In this document: positions 46,316-56,519 of the stretch, piece by piece | Layout: every line of letters begins with the position of its first letter | How positions within the stretch are numbered: position 1 is the first letter of the stretch | Source of the DNA: Bacteroidales bacterium | GTDB lineage: Bacteria > Bacteroidota > Bacteroidia > Bacteroidales > UBA932 | Assembly: GCA_022508605.1 (NCBI GenBank) | Contig: JAFLUX010000002.1 | Coordinates: 5,230 to 69,229, forward strand | Length of the DNA: 64,000 nucleotides | Direction: 5' to 3' | The notes under the pieces: generated by a model | What the model saw: only the letters and a program-made list of their open reading frames with translations | Database searches by the model: none | Told to the model about the DNA's origin: nothing | Program-made: the position numbers and the translations under genes

Positions 46316-47719
46316 TCAGATTTCTTTGCGCCAGCGGGCGAGCGGTATTCCGAGCATGCCGCGGTATTTGGCTATGGTGCGCCTGGCGACTTTGTAGCCG
46401 CGCTTGGACATTTCTGCCACCAGCTGCTCGTCGGTGAGCGGCTTTTTCTTGTCCTCCGCGTCGATGCATTCCTGAAGCACCTTTTTCAGCTCCCGGGTCG
46501 ACACCTCCTCCCCCTCGCGGTTCTCCATGCCCTCTGAGAAGAAATACTTGAGGGGGAAGATGCCGAAGTGGGTCTCTATGAATTTGCTGTTCACCACGCG
46601 GCTTATAGTGGAAATATCGAACCCTGTCATTTCCGCTATGTCTTTGAGCACCATGGGGCGCAGGTTGCTCTCATCCCCGTCCACGAAATAGTCGTGTTGA
46701 TAGTCGAGTATGGCCCTCATGGTCTTGCTGAGAGTATTCTGGCGCTGTTTCAGGGCCTCCACGAACCATTTGGCCGAGTCCAATTTCTGCTTGACGAATG
46801 CGGCGGCCTCCTTCCTGGCCCTTTCCGAAGAGCCTTTGGATTCGAGCAGAAGGTCGGCATATTTCTTATTCACCCTGATTTCCGGCACGTTGAAGCGCGG
46901 CATGGTAAAATCCAGCACGCCGTCGTGCTCGTCGAGTATGAAGTCGGGCACTATCTGCCTGGACTGCTCCTCGTAGGCATCATCCGTCTGGCCTCCGGGG
47001 GCGGGATTCAGTTTCACTATCTTGGCGAATGCGGCTTTCAGCTCCTCCTCGCTTATGGAGAGCTTGGCGCAAATCTTCTGGAAGTGCTTGTTGGTGAAAT
47101 CTTGGAAACAGTCGCTTACGATGCGGACGGCAGTCTTGACCTCCGGGGTTTGCTTCATATTGGCAAGCTGCAGAAGCAGGCATTCGCGCAGGTCGCGTGC
47201 TCCCACTCCCACAGGCTCGAAGTCCTGAATGACTTTCAGCATGGCCTCCACCTCGGCCTCGTCGGTCTCTATATTGGCCCGGAAGGCGAGGTCGTCCACA
47301 AGCGTCTCGATGTCCCGCCGCAGGTATCCGTCGTCGTCGAGGCTGCCTATGATGAAGGACGCCACTTCCCGCTGGTGCGGGGTGAGGTCCCTGAATCCGA
47401 GCTGGCGCTGCAGGCTCTGGGTGAAACCCTCCCTGACCGAAAACGTGTTGTATTCAGGCCTCGGATCCTTGCCCCAGTTGTTGACTTTCAACCGGTATGC
47501 CGGTATGTCACCGTCCTCCTTGATTGCGTCTATGGATACGTCCTTGGTATCCGAATCGCTGTCGGGGGCCGGCTCGTCATCCAGTACAGGATTGCTCTCG
47601 AGTTCTGCACGCACTTTCTGCTCCAGCTCCTGTATCGGCATCTGAATCAGTTTGATGGTCTGGATCTGGAGAGGCGAGAGCCTTTGCTGCTGTTTAAGTT
47701 CGAGTCCTGTTTTCAGCAT
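46316..47719 (-). CDS. rpoN: RNA polymerase sigma-54 factor
   Basis: Gln/Leu-rich N-terminus, EPVGVGARDLRECL, DISTISRV, RpoN box ARRTIAKYR. Confidence 0.96.
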   Translation of the reverse strand: MLKTGLELKQQQRLSPLQIQTIKLIQMPIQELEQKVRAELESNPVLDDEPAPDSDSDTKDVSIDAIKEDGDIPAYRLKVNNWGKDPRPEYNTFSVREGFTQSLQRQLGFRDLTPHQREVASFIIGSLDDDGYLRRDIETLVDDLAFRANIETDEAEVEAMLKVIQDFEPVGVGARDLRECLLLQLANMKQTPEVKTAVRIVSDCFQDFTNKHFQKICAKLSISEEELKAAFAKIVKLNPAPGGQTDDAYEEQSRQIVPDFILDEHDGVLDFTMPRFNVPEIRVNKKYADLLLESKGSSERARKEAAAFVKQKLDSAKWFVEALKQRQNTLSKTMRAILDYQHDYFVDGDESNLRPMVLKDIAEMTGFDISTISRVVNSKFIETHFGIFPLKYFFSEGMENREGEEVSTRELKKVLQECIDAEDKKKPLTDEQLVAEMSKRGYKVARRTIAKYRGMLGIPLARWRKEI

Positions 47720-48153
47720 CAGTTCCGTACTATGAATGCAGCGGGAAATTCCTGCTGTATGGTTTTAAGGGCATTAGCCGCCTCCGGCCGGGACGAATAA
47801 TTGCCCACCGTTACCTTGAAAAACGGGTTGGTGAACGTGCGGGACACCGGGACTCCCGGATGGAGATTGCGGAAGCGGGTCGCTGCGGCCTCGGATGCGG
47901 CGCGGGCGTTCTGCCCGCTGTCGAAGAAAATCCTTATGCTGAATGTCTGTCCGTTCAGTCCGGATGCGGTACGCTTTTCATTGCGTTCTATGTGGGCCGC
48001 CACTGCCGAGCGCAGTTCGCTGCTCTGCTTGACACGCAGGTTTTCGGAGAACCTGCTGAATACATCGTACACGGCGACGCTGTCCGCATTTTCCTGGGCA
48101 TGCCCGGGAAGATACAGGCATAGGAGCGCCAATATTACCGTCAACCTTTTCAT
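47719..48153 (-). CDS. SPOR-domain periplasmic protein
   Basis: Signal peptide; FSIRIF..ARAA..PFFKVTVGNY..EA..FPAAFIV. Confidence 0.8.
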   Translation of the reverse strand: MKRLTVILALLCLYLPGHAQENADSVAVYDVFSRFSENLRVKQSSELRSAVAAHIERNEKRTASGLNGQTFSIRIFFDSGQNARAASEAAATRFRNLHPGVPVSRTFTNPFFKVTVGNYSSRPEAANALKTIQQEFPAAFIVRN

Positions 48154-48617
48154 AAACTCTCCATCAGTTCTTTCAGCGGAATATCCTTGTATTCAAAATC
48201 CTTGCCGATTCCGTTCTTGAGGGCCCCGTGGAAAGACAGGTCCACGCTCATAGGGTCGAGCGCCCGTTTCTCCAGCAGTCCGAAGAGCGAAAACGGGTTG
48301 AAGCCTCCGTCTATGCTGCCGTGCAGCAGCACGGTGTAGACCTGCTCCGACCGCGGCTGTATCGTCATGTCGTCGGCCCTCACGTGCAGGCACGGCTGTC
48401 CGTCCATCTTCAGGATGGCATAGGCATTGGACAGGTTCAGCTGGGGGGCCGGGTTGTCCACCCCCACCTCCAGCACCGCATCGAACGAGGAAAGCCCTTT
48501 CGGCGATACGGACAAGACCTTGCAGGATGTCACCCTGATGTCCTGGAACGACTTTGCGCACGATGTCAGGCAAAGCGCCGCCATAGAAACGATTACAAGT
48601 TCCGCGATCCTTTTCAT
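48150..48617 (-). CDS. LEA_2/WHy-like lipoprotein
   Basis: Lipobox LTSC; LEVGVDNP beta-sandwich pattern. Confidence 0.65.
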   Translation of the reverse strand: MKRIAELVIVSMAALCLTSCAKSFQDIRVTSCKVLSVSPKGLSSFDAVLEVGVDNPAPQLNLSNAYAILKMDGQPCLHVRADDMTIQPRSEQVYTVLLHGSIDGGFNPFSLFGLLEKRALDPMSVDLSFHGALKNGIGKDFEYKDIPLKELMESL

Positions 48618-50029
48618 GAGTTCTTCTTTGCTGCTTCGTATTCCGCCATGACCTCCTCCATGAGTTTTTCGGCCTTGGCGTAGCCGTCAGCCGGCTTGTT
48701 CCAAAGCGCGGCAAGGAGGACTGCGCCTATGATGCCCATGATTATGGATGCGACATACACTCCGCTCCATCCCAGTTCGGGATTGTCGGCAATGGCTCCG
48801 AATATGGCGCCGGACACTATGGGGCTGAGGTAGCACACTATGCCTACGATTCCGTTGGCAGTGGCGGCGGCCCGCTTGGTGGCCTGGTTGGATGCCGCTA
48901 TGCCGAGCAGGGCCTGGGGCCCGTAAATGAAGAATGCGGAAAGGACGAGCAGCGAGATGAACAGCCAGGGTGTGTCTTTGACCTGCCAGAAAAGGAACAG
49001 GCACACGACGGCGAGGATAGTGCATATCGCGCTGGTGCACTGCGCCTTGCTCTTGAAGAACTTGTCGGTGACCCATCCGGCGAACAGCATGCCCACTATG
49101 CCTCCCACTATTTCGCAGGCTCCCACTATGGACGCTGCGAGCGTTATGTCGAGTCCCTTGTCCTGGACGAGTATGGTGGAGCCCCAGTCGAGTATGGTGA
49201 AGCGTATGACGTACACGAAGAAGTCGGCTATGGCTATAATCCATATTATGGGGTTGCCGAAAGCCATCTTGCTCACGAATTTCTTGTATGCGAGCTTGGT
49301 GAGCTCAGGGTCTTCGGCCGCTGCGGGCTGCTCACCGCCTTTCCTGGCATCCATGTCCTCCGGGTTGGGAAGCCCGACGGAAGCGGGGGTGTCCTTGAGT
49401 CCGAAGAATATGAGGGCGGCCCCGAAGACGGCCAGAAGCGCGGGCGCCCAGAAGCACCACTGCCATGCCGCATTGCCGAAGGCTCCGAGAATGCCGCCGA
49501 TCATGAGGGCCAGAAGCCCTGCGCCTATAGAATGGGAGGCGTTCCATATCGACTGCTTCGTGGCGAGTTCGGACGGCTTGATCCAGTGGGCCATGAGACT
49601 GGAGCAAGGGGGATAGCCCATGCCCTGGAGGTATCCGTTGATGAGCCAGAGGGAGCCGAGTATGTAGACGAAACCTATGCTCGCCTTGCCGGAGGCGTCG
49701 AGCACGCTGAAAAACCCGTTGACGGCAGGGATGAAACCTATCGCTATGTTCACGACCGCAGAAAGCAGCAGGCCGAGGGCCATCATGCGCTTGCGGCTGA
49801 AACGGTCGGCCAGCATGCCGTTGATGAAGCGCGATACCCCATATATGACTCCGTTGAGGGTCAGGAAGATACCGAGCTGTGTCTTGCTCAGTCCGAGCTC
49901 CGACTCCAATGCCGGCATGGCTATGCTGAAATTCTTCCTTACGAAATAGAACAGGGCATAGCCTATCATCAGGATGATGAGCGTGCGCCACTGCCAGTAG
50001 TTGTACTTCTTGATTGTTGCCTTGTCCAT
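48614..50029 (-). CDS. MFS organophosphate:Pi antiporter (GlpT/UhpT/PgtP family)
   Basis: YFVRKNFS, NGYLQGMGYPPC, WNASHSIG, LKDTP..GLP, YGPQAL. Confidence 0.9.
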   Translation of the reverse strand: MDKATIKKYNYWQWRTLIILMIGYALFYFVRKNFSIAMPALESELGLSKTQLGIFLTLNGVIYGVSRFINGMLADRFSRKRMMALGLLLSAVVNIAIGFIPAVNGFFSVLDASGKASIGFVYILGSLWLINGYLQGMGYPPCSSLMAHWIKPSELATKQSIWNASHSIGAGLLALMIGGILGAFGNAAWQWCFWAPALLAVFGAALIFFGLKDTPASVGLPNPEDMDARKGGEQPAAAEDPELTKLAYKKFVSKMAFGNPIIWIIAIADFFVYVIRFTILDWGSTILVQDKGLDITLAASIVGACEIVGGIVGMLFAGWVTDKFFKSKAQCTSAICTILAVVCLFLFWQVKDTPWLFISLLVLSAFFIYGPQALLGIAASNQATKRAAATANGIVGIVCYLSPIVSGAIFGAIADNPELGWSGVYVASIIMGIIGAVLLAALWNKPADGYAKAEKLMEEVMAEYEAAKKNS

Positions 50030-50062
50030 GTATCTGCTTGTTTTACTGCTTTTATGCGGTTT

Positions 50063-50485
50063 TCATATTTTTTTCCTTCTGGTGGGGTGGCAGAGTATCT
50101 GTATGTCTATGTCATCCATGCTGTACCCCCTGAACCGTCTGCGCCGCAGTCCGGATTCGACGGCCTTGAGCACCGCATCGGCTTCCACATCCAAGAACTC
50201 GTGGTTGCGGGTGTCGTACAGATGCACGTGCCTGTGCGTATTGATGTCGAAAAACATCTTGCTGCCGGAACTCAGGCGGCGCCTGTATATTCCCTTGTCG
50301 GCCAAGTCGTTCAGTATGTTGTATATGGACGTCTTGCTTATTTTCACCTCTCCTGCGCCGCGTATGCTCTCGTACACGGTATCGGCGCTCGCGTGGATTC
50401 TCTCCATCATGACCCTGTGCACCGCCATGCGCTGGGCCGTGGCCTTCATCCCGTGGGACTGCAGCTGTCTGGCGAAGCTGTCCAT
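50063..50485 (-). CDS. Fur-family transcriptional regulator (Cys-free, Irr/PerR-like)
   Basis: KATAQR, HASAD.VY, SKTSIYNIL, FDINTHRHVHLYD; start MDSFAR. Confidence 0.88.
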   Translation of the reverse strand: MDSFARQLQSHGMKATAQRMAVHRVMMERIHASADTVYESIRGAGEVKISKTSIYNILNDLADKGIYRRRLSSGSKMFFDINTHRHVHLYDTRNHEFLDVEADAVLKAVESGLRRRRFRGYSMDDIDIQILCHPTRRKKI

Positions 50486-50523
50486 ATCCCTTGCCTTCCT
50501 TTCATTCGCTCCGCGCATGTCCG

Positions 50524-52140
50524 TCAGTTTTCGTTTATCAGGGCCCTGGCATTCGCAAGGGCCTCCGGGGTTATCGTGGAGCCGCTGAGCAGGCGTGCGA
50601 TTTCCCGCACCCTGTCCTCGCCCTCCAGAAGCGTGATGCCGGATACGTCATGTCCTGCCGCGTCGTCGAAATGCTTGCTCACGAGGTAGTGGGCACTGCC
50701 TTTTGCCGCCACCTGCGGGAGATGGGTGATTGAAAACACCTGCATGCTTCTGCCTATTTCGCAAATCATGGAACCCATCTTGTCGGCCACGCTGCCGGAA
50801 ACGCCGCTGTCTATTTCATCGAAAATCAAGGTGGGCATGCCTTTGAGCGGTGCCATCATCGCCTTGAGGCTGAGCATGATGCGGGATATTTCCCCGCCGG
50901 ATGCGCACTTTGCCACATCGACCCCGGCCCTGCCGTCCGCGGCGAACTTGAAGCAAACCTCGTCGCTGCCGCAGGCTCCTGCGCTCCGGGGGTTCACCTC
51001 CACTTCGAAAGAAGCCCGTTCCAGTTCGAGGAAATGCAGATGTCCCTCCACTTCTGCCCCGAAACGCCCGGCGGCCTCGCGGCGTGCTGCGCTCAGCTTT
51101 CCGCTGCACGACTCATAGGCCTTTTCGGTCGCTGCCAGCCGCTGCTCCGTTTCACGGCATTTTTCTTCCAGCTCCTCGGTGCCGCTGAGTTCCCCGGAAA
51201 GGCTGTCCCGAAGCTCCATAAGCTCCTCCACGCTGGCGCAGCCGTGCTTTTTCATGAGCCTGTAAAGCAAAGACAGGCGCTGCTCCACCGTCTCCAAACG
51301 CATCCCCGGCGATTCCGCAGACTCCGCTGCCGCCTCTATTTCCGCCAGGATGTCTTCCAGCTCTATGCGTGCGGAATTGAGCCTCTGTGCGAGTGAGTGC
51401 ACGGAGGGAAGATAGCGTCCGGCATGTTCGATTTGCCTGCGGGCTTCCTGGAGCGATGCGCTTATGCCCTCGGCATCGCGCGGCGTGAAGCAGGCGACGG
51501 CGGCTGCAAGGCGCTCCCGTATCTCTTCGGCGTTGGCAAGGGCTTTCTGCTCCTCCTCAAGCTCCTCTATCTCACCGCCTTTCAGCCCGGCGGCCTCCAG
51601 CTCGCCCAGCCTCGACTGGTTGTAGTCGTGTCCAGCGCGGCTTTTTTTCAGCCTCTCGGAGGCTTCCTCCAGCTCTTTGCGGCATTCTCCCAGCTCCGTC
51701 CATAGACGCCTGCACTCTTCGAGCAGGCCGTCGTTTCCGGCATAGCTGTCGAGCAGCGAGAGTTGGAAGGCCTTGTCGGTGAGCAGCAGGCTCTTGTGCT
51801 GGGAATGTATGTCTATGAGCCTGTCGCAGAGCGATGAAAGCTCCTGAATCTGCACGGGGCAGTCATCTATGAAGCACCGCGACCTTCCGGAGCGGTAAAT
51901 AACCCTCCTTACTATCCTCAGGCCTTCTGCTGTCTCAAATTCACCCTCCACCACGCAGTCGGCGGCATCGCCCCCTATCATGGACGGGTCGGCCTTTCCT
52001 CCGGCCAGAAGCCCCAGCGCACCTATCAATATGGATTTGCCTGCTCCTGTCTGACCGGTAATAATCACAAGCCCCTCCGGAAACTCTATGTCCAGAGAGT
52101 CTATGAGAATATAGTTGCGTATGTGGAGGGCCCTGAGCAT
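50524..52140 (-). CDS. recN: DNA repair protein RecN
   Basis: ITGQTGAGKS, IDIHSQH, ASGGEISR, LIFDEIDSGVSG, ITHLPQVAA. Confidence 0.96.
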   Translation of the reverse strand: MLRALHIRNYILIDSLDIEFPEGLVIITGQTGAGKSILIGALGLLAGGKADPSMIGGDAADCVVEGEFETAEGLRIVRRVIYRSGRSRCFIDDCPVQIQELSSLCDRLIDIHSQHKSLLLTDKAFQLSLLDSYAGNDGLLEECRRLWTELGECRKELEEASERLKKSRAGHDYNQSRLGELEAAGLKGGEIEELEEEQKALANAEEIRERLAAAVACFTPRDAEGISASLQEARRQIEHAGRYLPSVHSLAQRLNSARIELEDILAEIEAAAESAESPGMRLETVEQRLSLLYRLMKKHGCASVEELMELRDSLSGELSGTEELEEKCRETEQRLAATEKAYESCSGKLSAARREAAGRFGAEVEGHLHFLELERASFEVEVNPRSAGACGSDEVCFKFAADGRAGVDVAKCASGGEISRIMLSLKAMMAPLKGMPTLIFDEIDSGVSGSVADKMGSMICEIGRSMQVFSITHLPQVAAKGSAHYLVSKHFDDAAGHDVSGITLLEGEDRVREIARLLSGSTITPEALANARALINEN

Positions 52141-52149
52141 CGCGGGCCT

Positions 52150-52473
52150 TTATTCAGTCCGTCCGTCGGCCTTTGCAAAGCGGTAGGTCAGTTCTCCGTC
52201 CTCGAACTCCGACAGAGCCACGAGGCCGGGTTTGGGCTGACGCTCGAAATATTTCGAGATTTCGATTTGCTCCTTGTTCTCGAATGTCTCCTCCATGGTG
52301 TCGCGCTCATTGCGGAACTCCTCGAGGCGTTTGTTCAACTCCTTTTTCTCCGCAAGGGCAATCTGGTTCGCCCTCTGTGCGAGAATCATGGTCGTCTCAT
52401 AAATGTTGCCCGTGGGGGCCGCGAGGTCCTTGATGTCCCTCGTCACTGTGTTGTTGGGTATCTTGTTTTCCAT
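52150..52473 (-). CDS. rpoZ: RNA polymerase omega subunit (Bacteroidetes type)
   Basis: TGNIYE..AQRANQI..ENKEQIEISKYFERQPKP; follows bamD. Confidence 0.88.
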   Translation of the reverse strand: MENKIPNNTVTRDIKDLAAPTGNIYETTMILAQRANQIALAEKKELNKRLEEFRNERDTMEETFENKEQIEISKYFERQPKPGLVALSEFEDGELTYRFAKADGRTE

Positions 52474-52509
52474 ACTGATGATATTACGCAATCGCTCCTG
52501 CGCGGAGTT

Positions 52510-53304
52510 TCAATATTTTTCTTTCACTTTCTTGTAGAGCCTGTCCAGCTCCTGCCGGCGGGCGGATTCGGGGTACTCTCCTATGAAGTTGAAATAATCG
52601 TCGTAGAACACGAGGAAGCGTTCTTTCTGCTTCTCCTTGTAGCTCAGGTCGGCATACCTGTACGAGGCCATCGCAGAGTAGAAGAGTATGTCTTCCCTGT
52701 AACGGTTGTCGGCATCGTCCTTCAGCACGTTCTTGAGCGCCACCCTCGCAGCCTTGTAGTCCTCCATCTTATAATAGAGGTAGGCGTTTTCGAATGCCTT
52801 GCGGTCTATCCTCTCGTTGAGGTCGTCGAGCATGTGGTTGCAGACGTCGCGGTATTCGCTGTCGGGGTGGTTAATGAGATACTCGCTGATAGCCGTGATG
52901 GTCCTGTAGGAGGGCGTCTGGTCAAGCTCGTACCGGTATGTGCCCCTGAACAGGCAGTCGAGACGCAGAAATTCGGCATTTTCCGCGAAAGTGCTGCGGG
53001 GGAAGTCCTGCAGGAAACGCTCGAAATTGGCTTCCGCCGTCAGGTAATCCTTCGCCCTGTAGTTGCTCAGGCCCCAGTAATACTGTACCGTGTCATCGCG
53101 GGAGGTACCGTTGGTAATCACCGACAGCGACTCGAACAGTTGGCTCGCCCTGGTGAATTTTCCGGAATTGAAATAATCGAATGCGGCTGCATATTTCGCA
53201 TCGGAGTCGTTCCCCTCGAGAAGCAGTTCGTACTGGGTCTTGCAGGAACTTATGACGCCTGCCGCTATGCACAGGGCCGCTGTCAGTTTGATGTAATTTC
53301 TCAT
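52510..53304 (-). CDS. bamD: Outer membrane assembly lipoprotein BamD
   Basis: Lipobox ISSC; TPR repeats; YELDQTPS, AYLYYKMEDYKAA. Confidence 0.9.
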   Translation of the reverse strand: MRNYIKLTAALCIAAGVISSCKTQYELLLEGNDSDAKYAAAFDYFNSGKFTRASQLFESLSVITNGTSRDDTVQYYWGLSNYRAKDYLTAEANFERFLQDFPRSTFAENAEFLRLDCLFRGTYRYELDQTPSYRTITAISEYLINHPDSEYRDVCNHMLDDLNERIDRKAFENAYLYYKMEDYKAARVALKNVLKDDADNRYREDILFYSAMASYRYADLSYKEKQKERFLVFYDDYFNFIGEYPESARRQELDRLYKKVKEKY

Positions 53305-54221
53305 TTCTTCAAGAATTTTTCAGCGTCGAGCGCTGCCCGGCAGCCGGAGGCCGCCGCCGTTATGGCCTGGCGGTAACGCGGATCCTGCACGTCGCCAGCC
53401 GCAAATACGCCCTCCACATTCGTGGCGCTGCTGTTTCCGTCGGTGATGATGTATCCGGCCTCGTCGGTCTTTATCCAGCGGGAGAACAGGCCGGACTGCG
53501 GATTGTGGCCTATCGCGAGGAAGAAGCCGTCCGCGGCTATGTCGAAAACCTCTCCGTCATTGCGCTCTATTCGCACCCCCGTGACCCCGCCGGCATCGCC
53601 CAGCACCTCTTTCGTGTTGCAGTTCCAGAGTATTTCTATGTTCGGCGTGGAGGTGACTTTCTCCTGCATGGCGGCGGATGCCCGGAGCACGTCGCGGCGC
53701 ACTATCATGTATACCTTGCGGCACAGCCCGGCAAGATATGTCGCCTCTTCGCATGCCGTGTCTCCGCCTCCCACTACCGCCACGTCCTTGCGGCGGTAGA
53801 AGAATCCGTCGCAGGTGGCGCATGCCGAAACTCCCATCCCGCGGAACTTCTGTTCGGACGGGAGACCGAGATACTTGGCGGTGGCCCCCGTCGCAATTAT
53901 GACGGTCTCCGCCTCTATGACCTGGCCATCGTCCACAGTGAGCTTGAACGGGCGCTCCGAGAGCTCGGCGGAAGTGATGCTCCCGCGCCGTATGTCGGCC
54001 CCGAGCAGTACGGCCTGCTTGCGCATGTCGGCCATGAGCGCCCCGGCTTCCACCCCTCCGGGGAATCCGGGGAAATTTTCCACCACCGTGGTGGTAGTAA
54101 GCTGCCCTCCGGGTTCGAGCCCCTCGTACAGCACCGGTTCGATTGCGGCTCTCGCGGCATATATGGCGGCGGTGTAGCCGGCAGGCCCTCCGCCTATAAT
54201 CAGGCATTTTACTCTTTCCAT
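53301..54221 (-). CDS. trxB: Thioredoxin reductase
   Basis: IIGGGPAGYTAA, SACATCDG, VGGGDTA, FAAGDV. Confidence 0.97.
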   Translation of the reverse strand: MERVKCLIIGGGPAGYTAAIYAARAAIEPVLYEGLEPGGQLTTTTVVENFPGFPGGVEAGALMADMRKQAVLLGADIRRGSITSAELSERPFKLTVDDGQVIEAETVIIATGATAKYLGLPSEQKFRGMGVSACATCDGFFYRRKDVAVVGGGDTACEEATYLAGLCRKVYMIVRRDVLRASAAMQEKVTSTPNIEILWNCNTKEVLGDAGGVTGVRIERNDGEVFDIAADGFFLAIGHNPQSGLFSRWIKTDEAGYIITDGNSSATNVEGVFAAGDVQDPRYRQAITAAASGCRAALDAEKFLKK

Positions 54222-55396
54222 ATCATCTGTTGCACTACTGTTATGGTATTGTCTGAATTGTATTTAAGACGCCTCACGGCGCTGTTGGCCTTGCCTGCGG
54301 CCCCGAACCTGAAATCAGCCTGCAGTCCTTTCCCGGGGCAGGATGCTATCTTCTGCGGCCAGTCTCCTCCGGCATACCTCAGCGTGCCGCCGAAGTAGTT
54401 CATCAGGTCGTATCCCTGATACACCCACTGCCCCGGCTCGCCCTTGAAAAGGGTCTTGTAGCGCTCGTTGAAAAGTCTCACCGAGCTGTCGGACGGGTCT
54501 GCATAATAGCTTGCGGCAATGCGGGCCGAGGCGGCATGTATGCTTTCCACCTCGAGATCCGGAAGCGAGCGGAGCTTCGACGTGCCGTAAAGGATGTTGC
54601 TGCCGCCCCGCAGATTCATGAGGGCTATGGAACGCACCGAGGCGCTGCAGAAGCTGTCGTTGTCGGAGGCGAGGATGAAACGGCATGTGGCGGAGGTCGT
54701 ACCCTCTTTCATGGCAGGGTCGGAGCCTATTTCATATTTGATTCCGGCCTCTGAGAGTTTCCTCGCAAGGCGCTCCGTCATTTCTCCTCCCGCATCCTCC
54801 GCGCTTTGCAGCAGCACGACGGTATCGCCCGCACGCAGGTCTTCGCCTATCCACAGCACGAGCTCATCCACCTGGGCCTCCCAGCCGGACGGAGCCTGTA
54901 TGACGTTGAACTCGGAAGTCAGCGACGCCACCTTCGGGTCGAGAGGGGATACTATGTATTTGCCTCTGGCCCGGGGAATGATGGTCTGCATGTCTTCGCA
55001 GCTTACCGGGCCTATGATGAGGTCGGAGTCGGAAATCTCCCAGGAAGAGGGGAGTCCGAGCGTGGAGTCGAACACGGAGATTTCATATTGCTTGTCGGAG
55101 GAGCAAAGGTCGTCGGCGGCCATAAGCACTCCGCAGTAGAAATCGAGGAAATTGCTGCTCGGCGTGGCGCCGCTCCTGAACGGCAGGATGAGCGTTACCC
55201 TGAATACGGAATCGGCCTGCATGCCCCCGGAAAGGGAGGCATCGGCATTTTCCGCATCGACCGGAACCAAGACCTTGCCGGCCACGGCAGTGCTGTCGCT
55301 GGCCTGCCGCTTCCCGGGGAACAGATACCATTGGGCGGATGCCGCGGCAGGGAGCAGCATCAACAGTATGGCTGTTGCAAAAAGATGTCTTTTCAT
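54209..55396 (-). CDS. Periplasmic-binding-protein type 1-like secreted protein
   Basis: Signal peptide; VTLILPF..FLDFYCG..LIIGP..FNERYK.LF.GEP..QGYD, like the C-terminal part of Bacteroidales LysM/PBP1 proteins. Confidence 0.65.
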   Translation of the reverse strand: MKRHLFATAILLMLLPAAASAQWYLFPGKRQASDSTAVAGKVLVPVDAENADASLSGGMQADSVFRVTLILPFRSGATPSSNFLDFYCGVLMAADDLCSSDKQYEISVFDSTLGLPSSWEISDSDLIIGPVSCEDMQTIIPRARGKYIVSPLDPKVASLTSEFNVIQAPSGWEAQVDELVLWIGEDLRAGDTVVLLQSAEDAGGEMTERLARKLSEAGIKYEIGSDPAMKEGTTSATCRFILASDNDSFCSASVRSIALMNLRGGSNILYGTSKLRSLPDLEVESIHAASARIAASYYADPSDSSVRLFNERYKTLFKGEPGQWVYQGYDLMNYFGGTLRYAGGDWPQKIASCPGKGLQADFRFGAAGKANSAVRRLKYNSDNTITVVQQMIWKE

Positions 55397-56514
55397 ATCG
55401 ACTCCGTAAAACTTATCAGTTCCTTGCAGAATCCGGACCACGAAAGGCGGCTTTTCTCCGCACGGCAGTTTTCAATGCATCTCTCCCTCAGGCCCGGAGT
55501 GTCGAAGAAACGCACGATTCCGTCCCTCACGGCCCCCTCCTCGGCCCTGTCCACCACCAAGCCGGTCCCGCGTCCTTCCACGGCCGCCCTCAGTCCGCCG
55601 GTGTCGGTGACTATCATGGGCAGCTCGAAATTGCAGGCAAGGGCGTTCACCCCGCTCTGCGTGGCGCTGCGGTAGGGGAGCACGGCCACATCGGCGGCGC
55701 TGAAAAAATCCTTCACCTCGGAATCCGGTATGTAGCGGGTAAAAAGTTTTATGCGCTCCCGGGCCGGGCTGCCCTCGATGATACGCGCATATTCCGAGAA
55801 ATCGCCGTAGACTTCTCCGGCCACCACGAGGACATAGTCCCCGGGCAGTCCCTCAAAGGCTTTCAGCAGGATATCGAGCCCCTTGTATTTTCGTATCAGT
55901 CCGAAAAAGAGTATGACCCTGGCCTCGGGAGGGACCCCCAGCCTTTTGCGCGCCTCATCTTTCGGCACCCTCTCCCCGAAATGCGTGTACAGCGGGTGCG
56001 GCAGCACTTTGCAGCGCGCATCGGGCTTCCATTCGAGAAGGTCGCGTGCGACCTCGTCGCTCATGGTGATGCACGCATCCACGCCTCCGAGAAACCAGCG
56101 GGTGAGAGGTTTGTCGAAAAAATGCGGCTCGTGCGGAATCACGTTGTCCATGATGGCCACCACCTTGCAGTCCTTTCCCGCGTGCCGGGCAACTGTGCCG
56201 AGCGAAGGGGCGAACCACGACATCCAGTAGCGCAGGATGAGCAGGTCGGCGCCCCATTCCCTCACCGCTTTCGCGGCCCTGCGCCAGCTGAGCGGGTCTA
56301 TTGTGCTGAGCACCGCCTCCGCCTCCACTTCTTCGGCGCTGTCGCCATCGGTGACATACTGGGTTTTTCCGGGAAACAGGATGCCGGGGTACTGGAGCGT
56401 GAAATTGAATGCCTTGACACTGCAAAGCCTGCCCAGCTCTCCGAGCAGACTTGCATTGAACTGGGCGATGCCCCCTCTGAAAGGGTAGAAGCTGGACAGT
56501 ATGGCGACCTTCAA
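55393..56514 (-). CDS. GT4 glycosyltransferase
   Basis: YPFRGGIAQFN, FFGLIRKYKGLD, LPYRSATQSG. Confidence 0.9.
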   Translation of the reverse strand: MKVAILSSFYPFRGGIAQFNASLLGELGRLCSVKAFNFTLQYPGILFPGKTQYVTDGDSAEEVEAEAVLSTIDPLSWRRAAKAVREWGADLLILRYWMSWFAPSLGTVARHAGKDCKVVAIMDNVIPHEPHFFDKPLTRWFLGGVDACITMSDEVARDLLEWKPDARCKVLPHPLYTHFGERVPKDEARKRLGVPPEARVILFFGLIRKYKGLDILLKAFEGLPGDYVLVVAGEVYGDFSEYARIIEGSPARERIKLFTRYIPDSEVKDFFSAADVAVLPYRSATQSGVNALACNFELPMIVTDTGGLRAAVEGRGTGLVVDRAEEGAVRDGIVRFFDTPGLRERCIENCRAEKSRLSWSGFCKELISFTESI

Positions 56515-56519
56515 AGGTT

